Below, piece after piece: positions 53,927 through 64,000 of a stretch of 64,000 nt of DNA (positions within the stretch are counted from its first letter, which is position 1; each line of letters starts with the position of its first letter). Below the pieces are notes generated by a model. That model was not told where the DNA came from. It saw only the letters and a program-made list of their open reading frames with translations, and did not search any database. The translations under genes were made by a program, and so were the position numbers. Source of the stretch: Octopus vulgaris (taxonomy: Eukaryota); contig OX597821.1 in assembly GCA_951406725.2 (NCBI GenBank), positions 29,140,001 to 29,204,000 on the forward strand. The letters run 5' to 3'.

Positions 53927-54145
53927 CTGAAAATAGAAAGACAAAATTATGTTAAATATCTGTGAGATATCAGCACCACTCAGAACGAGCACAGCATACC
54001 ATTCCTAAGAAATTAAACACACACATACACACACACACACATAAACACACAAATTTAGAGAAAATAAAATCATGAATTTTAATTTTATATATTAAAAAAA
54101 ATATGTATGGACAAACAGAAAAGACTAAAAAATGCATTACATATA

Positions 54146-54191
<46 letters not shown>

Positions 54192-54354
54192 GTTACGTAC
54201 TTTTGTAAATATACATACATATATATATATATATATGTGCATGTGTATATATATACACACACCTATATATGTATATATACATAATTGAACATATATATAT
54301 ATATATAGATATATGTGTGTACATGTTCAAATATATGTATGTTTGTATAATATA

Positions 54355-56578
54355 GCCAGGCTGGTGCAAAAATAGTGGCAGTTTTTATTTTAAACTTTGA
54401 TGCTCATGTTATACCTGCCCGTATATAATACAGTCGTCTAATACATACCCATACAACATACACTCGGATAATATATGTCCATATGATACACACATATAAT
54501 ATATAGCCGCAAATTCTATGCACATGTAATACTTTGAAGATCAGACTCGAGACTATTGATCTGTGAGGGGGTACCCAAAAGTAACCAGAAACGTTCTCTG
54601 TGGGACAAGCCTTTTGTAGTTCAGGCTTCCTCCACTCGAAGCCACTTGATGCAACCCTCAGGCATCAGTCTGTTGACTGGTGTCATCGAGTGATGTTGTA
54701 CTGCCATGATGTGGTGCGTCTTTGTTTTGCAGTGCTTCTTCTTGGTTCACTGGTTATTGCAATGGCTGAAATGAAGGAACAGCTTGCTTCCATGAAATTC
54801 TGTTTACTGCTGGGGAAAATGGCAGCTAAAACAGTTGTCATGCCTCAAGCAATTTACTAAGATGCTGCCATGAGCAAAACACTAATTTATCAGTGGTTTT
54901 CATGCTTCAGGAATGGTCATTTGTCATTTGAGGACCAACACTGTTCAGGGTCATTGATCTCCTGAAAGAATGAAAACATCATGAAAATTCATGAACTGAT
55001 CTTGGAAGACGATCACTGGACAATCAATGAACTTGTTGATATGATTAGTGTGTCCTGAAGCTCCTACCAATGAATTTTGAGTGAGGAATTGCAAATGAAA
55101 AGAGTTGCAGCAAAATTTGTGCCTCACTTGTTCACGGAAGATCAAAAGCAGTCGTGACTGAATGCACATTGTGAACAGAAAGAACAATTGGAAGTTGATC
55201 CAAAGATCATCACTGGTGATGAAAGTTGGTACTACCTAATTTGCAAATGTGGAAGAGATAAAGAAAAAAAAACGATAGACGTTAAAAAGCATCACTTTGC
55301 AAGAGTTCCAGGACTGCTTCGAACAGTGAACAGTGAACACATCTGGACCAATGCATTACTTGAACTGGAGAATACTTTGAAGGCAATAAAATATTAAACA
55401 TGTAAAACTAAGTAAATATAATAACACTGCAAAATTTCGGTTTCTTTTGGGTACCCCTTGTATACTAAAAGTTGTTTCCTTTATTTTTTGTCTATTTTGT
55501 ACCGTCAAATTAAAGTGGCAGTGTGTGCAGAAAAAGCAAATATTAGCATTTTAAGATATAAGCTGGACATGGAAAGGAAGTCAACAGAAACAGCTTGCAT
55601 TATTAACTAAACATTTGAACAGGAGGCTTTCAATGTATGCAAAGCTCATCAGTTGAAAAAATTTCAATGTAAAGGAGATCTTTGAGGTCAAGTGAATCAT
55701 AAAGGACTTCCTGTCATTGACAATGATCTCTTAAGGGCCACTGTTGAAGTGAACCCATGCAAACAAGTCAGGAAGTTGTGGAAGAACAAACCCAGTCTGA
55801 CCACCCAAGGGAAACAAATATTTGAGAAATCCAAAACAACAAAATACTACAAATAGTCACATTAGATGAATGAACATCACTAAATTACAATGTCTGTTTT
55901 GCATGAATTTATGCACAATGATGATCAATTTCTCAACTGCAACATAATGTGACGAGAAATATATTCTGTAGCAGAAATAATGGTACTCTGCACAGTGGTT
56001 TGACAAGAAGGAACACCGAAACACTTTTTGAATTTGCAACAAAACGAAGTTACAATCACTAGTCGGTGATTAGCTAGAGGAATCAATCTTAACTATTTCT
56101 TGAATCCTGGTGATATTTTCACAGGAGAGAAGTACTGCTAGGAAATAGAGAAAATGTAATATTGTAACATTTACACTGAACATTGGCCGTTCAAGAATTC
56201 TTCTCCTTGACAACATGCGATCACATACATAACAAATAACTCTGCAGGAATGGGACAAATTGGGTCAGGAAACTCTACCTGACTCAGCTTGCTTCTTTGA
56301 CTAGCCACTAACCAACTATCACATTTGTTTTCAAGCAACTTGTCGACTTCCTAACTATGCAGCAAACTCAAAATACTTTCAGAAAATTCATTCAGTTATA
56401 AGATTCCACAATCCTAAGAAACTGGGATGAAGAAATTTGTTTCTGGCTGGGGAAAAAATGTTTAAATTCTCTTGAATATACTGACATATAATTTAATTGA
56501 TCAAAATTTATTCAAAGTTCACATATAGTGTTTAAAATTAATGATAAAAAACTTCCATGGATTTTTGCACCACTCAGC
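54355..56578 (+). mobile_element. Decayed Hsmar1/cecropia-type mariner interrupted by a second mariner
   Basis: TIR-like ggctggtgcaaaaatagtggcagttttt / aaaaaacttccatggatttttgcaccact; remnants RKSTETACIIN..F, KKF..KGD, VIDNDLLRATVEVNP, CDEKYIL, SAQWFD at 55570-56010. Confidence 0.75.
54562..55462 (+). mobile_element. Internally deleted mariner (pseudogenised transposase) nested in the older mariner
   Basis: TIRs gaggggtacccaaaagtaacc / ggtttcttttgggtaccccttgta; HTH MKEQLASMKFCLLLGK..AKT..M, QWFSCFRNG, VAAKFVPHL, KIITGDESW; stops and frameshifts. Confidence 0.9.
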
Positions 56579-56609
56579 TACATAAGTGTGTGTGTACTAC
56601 ACACATACT

Positions 56610-56642
<33 letters not shown>

Positions 56643-58370
56643 GTGTGTATATATGTATACACACATACACACACACGTACAGAGACACAGACATCTAATT
56701 TAGATCTTAAATTCCTTTTGAGTGTCAGAGACAAGGCCTTGCTAGGGCACCCCCAATGTTATTGCATATTTCAGTTATTGAGTATCTAGCTGGTGATACT
56801 CTAATTGATAAAGGGTGTTCTGACTGGATTAGTTTTAGCAAAAGGCTGAAGTTAAAGGACAGAGAGTGCTAAATAATGAAAACAGAGTGACAGAATATTT
56901 CAAAAGCTGAAACTTCACAAATTTTACTCCCAAGTTGTTTTCATTTTCAATATTCAGACAATTTATAAAAAAGTGAAACATAAGACTTGGTTTATAATAA
57001 GCAAACAGTAAAAGTTTATGAATATCAGAGCGAACACTGGTTAGATGGCATGCTATGAGGCTACCTTATTGAATAGTAATATTATTTGAAAAATTCAGAT
57101 GGGTGTTGTCACCTTGAGTTGAAAATAAAAGAATAAATTACACACACAATAACAGATAAAAAACAAAACAAAACAAAATACATATTTGTGCAAAAATGCA
57201 AACATTTTGACATTTGTGTGAATAAAAATTGTAATGCTGCCATGGAAATAGCTTGGGGCATTGAAATGTATTTAAAAATATTTAAAACTGGAAGTGATAA
57301 ATATCATATTATTCTTAGATTTCTGAATTTTCAGCCATTTATAGTATGTACTGCTACTGGAAATTGCTACTTGGATGTACATAAGTGTTAAGTATATACT
57401 TCAAAAAATTCTCTACAGTGGCATGATATCTTTACATGTTTGTGTAATCCACTTTTGCTTGTTTCCAAATATAATATAATATAATATAAATAAATTCTCA
57501 CAAAATCAGACTAGAATAAGTATATTTCAACGAAATCTGCTATAGAAACATGGGGATGCATTGCAACAAATAATTTACTTGATTTTGATGCCACCAAGTG
57601 TGATCCTTTTAAAAATCTAATATGCTTGGAAAAGGCTTATAAGAATTGCTTTTTCTTCTTGCTTAAATATACGAGTGTGCTGATTAAAAACCAACTTTAA
57701 GGCAATTCTTGGTGAAAACAATATAATTACAGGGACCACTGTTGTAACTGTGCTGGACATTATAAAGTAGCATTTGAAAGGCTATTACCACTACGAGAGA
57801 AATTGTTTGGGCTAATACTGCTGCAAGTAGGAGAATATATTTTATCATAGCTGAAATGTTTTCTAATGATACAATATGTAAGTCTTATGGTACTGATTGT
57901 TCAAAAGAAAATTGAAAAAATCTTATTAAAGAAACCACTGGTAATATGTGTATGTCTACTTGTACAAAAGATTAGGTTATACCACAAAGTATTTCTTGGT
58001 CAATTTTCATGCTAGGAGTACTGCAGATTGAGCACTGCATGTTACTTGTGAAGCCACTTATACTGATTGTGTTTTTTGTAAGTGCTAATGAACACAGCGT
58101 CTGATATATTTATGAATATCAAATACTACATTTGTAACTAAGGCACAATTTTTACACACACAAAACAAACCAAATATTTGTATTTTTGGAAGAGTATAAA
58201 CTGTTCATTCACACATTTTCATCTGCCCATAATGTTGTTTTGATACAGTTTCTAATTCACAAACAACAGCAGCTCTATCAGAATACAATAAGATGCGATC
58301 ATTCTACATCAACAAACAAGTGTTTGTAATATTCTAATATATATATATATATATATATACTTTCAACAAT

Positions 58371-58673
58371 TGAGGGTAAAATTAATTAATTAATTATTAA
58401 TCAATTTCACCAAGTGTTCAGTATGTAAAGGGACCATTTAAGGCGAATTCAAATTATTACATTATATAAAGGGCTTAGTAAAATAAATTACTTTGCCACA
58501 TACTGAACTCATTAGAAATAGTAGCTAAAAAAACTTTTTTAAAACTATTTCTAATACTATTTCTAATATTAGAAATAGTTTTAAAAAAGTTTTTTTAGCT
58601 ACTATTTCTAATGAGTTCAGTATGTGGCAAAGTAATTTATTTTACTAAGCCCTTTTATATAATGTAATAATTT
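58371..58673 (+). mobile_element. Fold-back element ('gagggtaaaa' terminal segment + near-perfect 223-bp palindrome)
   Basis: Arms 58451-~58556 / ~58568-58673 with one extra ctatttctaata copy at the axis; followed by TA-rich repeat. Confidence 0.8.
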
Positions 58674-58674
58674 A

Positions 58675-59097
58675 TATATATATATATATAATATATATAT
58701 TATACATAATATACATGTAATATACATTCAATATATATATATATATAATACATAATATACATTCAATATATATATATATATATAATATATATATAATATA
58801 TAATATACATGTAATATACATGATATATATATATATATAATATATAATATACATTTAATATATATATATAATATAATATACATGTAATATACATGATATA
58901 TATATATATATAATACATAATATACATTTAATATATATACATATTAATATATATATACATATATAATATGTAGAATATATATATATGTAATATATATAAT
59001 ATATATGTAATACATATATAATACACACATATATAATCTATAATATATGCTATATCTATATATATATATGTATGTAATACACACATATATATATATA
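58675..59097. repeat. TA-rich compound micro/minisatellite
   Basis: Directly visible. Confidence 0.9.
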
Positions 59098-60504
59098 CTG
59101 GAGTAAGCACATAAATGTGAAACAAGGTGCTTTGGCATAGTTTCTATAACTGGATGCCCTTCTAAATGCCAACCACTTTACGTGTATAGTAAGTGTGTGT
59201 ATTTGTTGGTGGATGGGTGAATGGTTACATGTACATTATGAGAACTCAATATATAAAATTAGCTTACTACAAGATTTACTGAGAGGCCCTGGGTTTTCTT
59301 TTCTAATATAACTCTCTAGATCCCTAAGTAACTCTTGTAGTCATCACAGTTCTTATATATATATATGCTTGTACACACACACACACATGCAGTATATAAA
59401 TTTGTATGATAAAAAAAAAATGACTGACAATTTAAAGACATAGTAAAAATATCTATGAATGCATAATAACTGTGCATGTAAAAATTTTCTTAAATATATG
59501 TTGAAGGTATGAAATGAATGTACTGAAAACATGGAATGAAAATACCACAAATAAAGGATGAATTATATATAGCTGAAATTATGTATGAAAGGAACAGAAG
59601 TAATCCCTCCCCTGCCCTCCACACCAGCACCGTGTACTTCCAAAAAAAGCATGACCAACGTAAATTAAACTCTTTTATACATATCAATTGAAAGTGGAGT
59701 GCGAACTTTGGTTTGTGTAGCACAAATCGCTGCAGAAATTTGGCGCTCATCAGAAAGAATATTACATATATACATAAGAGAAAAATATGATTTTAATAAT
59801 CTTAGAACAAGTGATATACAATAATTATTGCATATAACCTGATTATTAATGGCTGAAAGTACTAATGATTACTTAGCCTTATCATTAGCAGACTAAACAT
59901 ATTCTTTGCTAATGAGATCAGAATAATTCAGAAACATGTCCAAATGGAGTTGTCTATGGTAGTTGCTGTAGAAATGGGAAATAGTATTGATCTTTGACTA
60001 ATATCAGTTACTTCTAATTAGCTTTTTAATCCTTCATGTCGTAGCCCTTAATTGAAGAATTTTACTAAGGGAACACTTTGCATTTGTTTTTTGTTCAGTT
60101 GGGAAGTGATGAAGAATTTTGAAAGAATTAGTAATTGCTTTCTTTTTTTTTTTTCCATTATCACACTAGCATTCTGAATGTAATTAACTTAAAGAAATTT
60201 CTTATCCATAAAATATGATGGAAGGCTTTAATTTATATGCAAACATCTTCAAATTGCCAGTTCTGCATCCAAGAAAATCAAGCAGACCTGGGCAAGCAAG
60301 ATAGTTTAAATGCATTACACCAATTAGTCAACATTAATAAACAACTAAGCTTAATAAATAAATTCATAAAATTAGCATTGCAAAAGTAAAAAAAAAACCT
60401 TTAATTGATAATTTAAGAAGAGATGAAATAACCTGAGCAGGGAAAGAATGAATTGAGCAACAGGTTAATGTTCCAGGTGTTTGAATTGCTATATACATTA
60501 TATA

Positions 60505-60897
60505 TGTGTAGGTGTAGCCAGGTGGTAAAAAGTTTGCTTCTCAACCACATGGCTTCGGGTTCAGTCCCACTATGAGGCACTTTGGGCAAATGTCCTCTAC
60601 AATAGCACAGAGCTGACCAAAGCCTTGTGAGTGCATTTGGTAGACAGACTAAAGAAGCCTGTGCATGTGTGTGTGTGTGTGTGTGTTTGTTTCTTCTTGC
60701 AACACATGAAAACTGGTATTGTTTCATTTTGTGCCTGTAACTAATCAGTTTTGTAAAAAAAAAAAAAAAAGAGACCGATAGAATAAGTACCAGACATTTG
60801 GAAAAAGAAAAAAGTACTGGAGTAAATTTGTTCAACTAAAAAAAAAGACCTGAAGGTAGAGCCCCTGCTTGGCTGCAGCCCAATGATTGAAACAAAG
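60505..60897 (+). mobile_element. tRNA-derived SINE family A, older copy
   Basis: Head ggttcagtcccactatgaggcactttgggcaaatg and tail gagaccgatagaataagtacc. Confidence 0.85.
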
Positions 60898-63569
60898 ATG
60901 TTTTATTATTATATTCAGTTGTGTGACATTACATTCTAACAGATCTTAAGACTGGAATGATGGAGATGTAGATTTTTGTGGAATGTCACCAGCAATAAAC
61001 TACAGCCCTAGTTCTAAAAAAAAATTACTCATTGATTGACATAGACAATAAACTAAAATTAACTCTTTGCCTTTCCAAAGTATTTTCGTAATTTCATTCT
61101 AAATGTCCATACTTGCTTTAACACATTTAGTTGTCCCTTCTTTCTTCTGTTCTGAGTAATAAAAAGCTTTCCTTTTTAAACTGCAAGTTGGTAAAAATTA
61201 GGAATGTGTATCATATATGATGTATCACATGTAGTACACAGGACAGGCAATGAATCAAGTAAGGACCATCAAATATAGTATTTTTTAACTTTATGTTGGT
61301 ATTTATTATTAGAAGTGGTAAGGTGCAGAAACAAAAATATTGCAATATTCAGATCTGTCCATCATTTCTCTTCAGGATCAAGAAAATGAGAGCTGGTAAT
61401 ATACTAAAGGAGATCTAATTCTCTACCTACACTTTTCTTTGGCTGGTTGGGGTCATTGACTCCTCTAGCTTCTAATGCAAATCTTCATAATCTGGTAAAA
61501 ATAAGAAAAAATGAAGCTCTATTTATAGTCTATGAGGAACCAATTATGAATTATGGGAGGGCTTTTTTTGGACAGATATTTGCAGATGTGCCACAAATAA
61601 ATTTAAGCATCAAATCTTTGGTAAATACTCAGTCCTAATAATAGCAAAAAAAAAACTTTTCTTCAACATAAAGATTATGTTTAGGTTGAGACCATTTTAC
61701 AAGACAAATTTGGTTTCAGTGCTTTTTGCTATTGTTAGTTGATGTTTAATAAAATGATAACCTACCAAAAACAGGTTGGTTCAAATACTTCAAAAGAATA
61801 TTAGATGTGCTTAATTAACAGAGATATAAATTGATAGGTTCTTTTGCATTGCCTAGTAGTTAAGGATATTTGTCTCGTGATTATAATGAGGTGGATTCAA
61901 TTCTTTGACTGGGTAGTGCACTGAGTCCTTGAGAAAAGTACTACATTTCACATTGCTCCAGTCTACTCAGCTGAAACTGAGTATCAGAAGGGTGTTAGAG
62001 TAGCCCTGTTTCCCTCCAGTTATAAAGGTAAGAAGGTCAAGAGGCTATCTGTGCATAGTTGCAACAACAAACATATCTGAAACAAAAAGCAACAGCATGG
62101 TAAATATTACCAAGTCACACTAGAAAAAGACAGCTGGATGTTATGTAACACGTGTGCGTGTGTGTGTGTGTGTGTGTGCATGGAGACCTGTGTTAGTGGG
62201 GTTACGTGAATGTTTTAACTCACTAGACAACTGGAATAAAATTATAGAATACAACTATTCTGTCACTATTTTCTTAAAGAAATGCATGACCCATTTTTTT
62301 CCTATTCAGAAATATGAAGAGACAAGCAAAATGCCCCCCGTCCAATGGACGGTGCTGAGTTGTCAAACACTTAAACCAAATTTTCTCAAAACAACTTGTC
62401 CGACCATCCCAAAGCCTCCCCTTTGAGAAACACTGATTTAACCTAAATTTGAGACACCAACAAAAGAAGAAATAAAGACAGACTTTTTTCTATTCTAAAG
62501 AAAAACGATTTTATGCACACAAATATGCAACCGAAGAGTTTTAAAGTACCTGTAAGTACATCGCAACAGCTGATGTACTTGCGCATACAAATGCATGTTC
62601 TCACGGCTTTATCGATCGTATTCTCACCTGGAATCAATTTTTGTAATTTTTTCAAGACTTATACATGCCCTGATACTGTTGATATCTACATATGCAATTT
62701 GAGCACAATTGGATGGAGGATGCCCAAGATCCAAGAAGACACACACACACACAGACAGAACAGATTTTATATAATAGATATAGTAACGGAATAAATAAAC
62801 TTGCCACCACTAATCAGATGTTTGGAATGAAAGTTAACAAATGGTTTTTAAAATTGAGATGTAAGAGTCTAATTTAAATATGAAGTATTTAAGAAGGATG
62901 ATTTAGTATCAAAAAATAAGAGGATATTATTGAGGAAGTTTAGATCAAAAGGGTTAAAGTTACATAGATTAATTTTGTATAATTCCTTTTAATACTTATG
63001 TACACAACTTTTAAGAAGGTCTTTTACTTGCTTCTTCCGCTAGCACATGGGTAGCAGCTGGCAAAACAGGTAGGATTCCAAGGAGAAAGTTTCAAATATC
63101 TTGAAACATTTTTGCAACCCATTATGCTTTTGAATTCAAATTTTGCTGGAATCAGATTTACTTTTCATAAAACCTGGATTAACAAAGAATCATTGCAGCA
63201 CTAAAGATAATAAAAATCAACCAAATTTTTCTCAAAATATTAACCCTTTTGTTCTTTCTTTTTTTTGGAATACACTGCATTTGTTTCAATTGATTTTGGA
63301 AGAATTTACTAAAATAAATTTGTCATTATTAATGACATTATTATTTGGAACATAAACAAACAAGGAATTTTGAAAGACTGGTTTACTTCAGATCAGAATA
63401 AAACTGGAAGTTTGCAGGATGGTATCAAAAGAGTCGATGGACTTTCTTGTGCCTATGTAAAGAAATCCTTCCTAAGTCAACAAATTAAAATATCAGTCAA
63501 ATACTGGGATCAATACAACTGAATGCTCAATGCCTGCCAAATTTCTGGTCTTGTGGATACGTTAAAATC

Positions 63570-63930
63570 AACTGGAAGAAGCAGTAACATGCTGGGGAAA
63601 ATGCTTAGCAACATTTCATCCATCTTTATGTTCTGAGTTCAAATTCCACCGAAGACAACTTTGCCTTTCATCCCTTTTTTTGTGTGTGTGTGTATTGAAG
63701 TAGGAGATTGTGAAAAAAAGTACCAATTCAGCCCTGAGATTGTTGTAATCAATAAGTCACTTCCCTCAAACTTTAGGCCATGTGCTTTTTGTAGAAAGGA
63801 TTATCATCATCATTATTATTATTAAGGCGGTGAACTGGCAGAATCATTACCACGGGCATATGGTGTAGTGGTTAAGAGCGCGGGCTACTAACCCTAAGAT
63901 TCAGAGTTTGATTCCAGGCAGTGACCTTAA
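63570..63930 (+). mobile_element. Meta-like SINE, a second truncated head, then a tRNA-like SINE head (63855-63927)
   Basis: Core gacaactttgcctttcatccc; then gggcatatggtgtagtggttaagagcgcgggctactaacc...gtttgattcc with A/B boxes but no acceptor-stem closure. Confidence 0.7.
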
Positions 63931-64000
63931 TAATAATAATAATCATTACAACATTAAAAATACCTTAGGAATGAGAACCCAGGTTCAAAATTTTCCCAAG

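Noticed and set aside
63855-63927. tRNA gene
   Set aside because: Has A/B-box-like motifs but no closing acceptor stem or poly-T terminator; a SINE head. The same applies to the tRNA-like heads at 9895 and 12172.

Overview
AT-rich, repeat-dense eukaryotic DNA whose tRNA-derived SINEs and (TA)n/(CA)n/(AAT)n microsatellites are typical of an octopus (coleoid cephalopod) genome; the taxon is inferred from remembered repeat families. The only convincing protein gene is ZC3H10 (three CCCH zinc fingers, minus strand, CDS ~51981-53243, in one exon). A perfect GTAAGT donor lies 14 nt after its stop codon and is followed by a CUG/YGCY cluster. A probable 5.7-kb SINE-free terminal 3'UTR exon lies ~14.7 kb downstream (37230 to ~31555). 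The rest is transposon debris: several SINE families, a mariner nested inside another mariner, two inverted Merlin-like MITEs with 8-bp TSDs, and TTAA (piggyBac-type) MITEs. The most notable signal is a set of short non-coding fold-back insertions plus at least 7 minimal type-I hammerhead-ribozyme-like motifs. One locus (15.8-16.07 kb) physically links a hammerhead to the fold-back arm, suggesting a diverse, ORF-less Penelope-derived ribozyme/hairpin element system. Almost all other ORFs in the supplied track are microsatellite or SINE artefacts.
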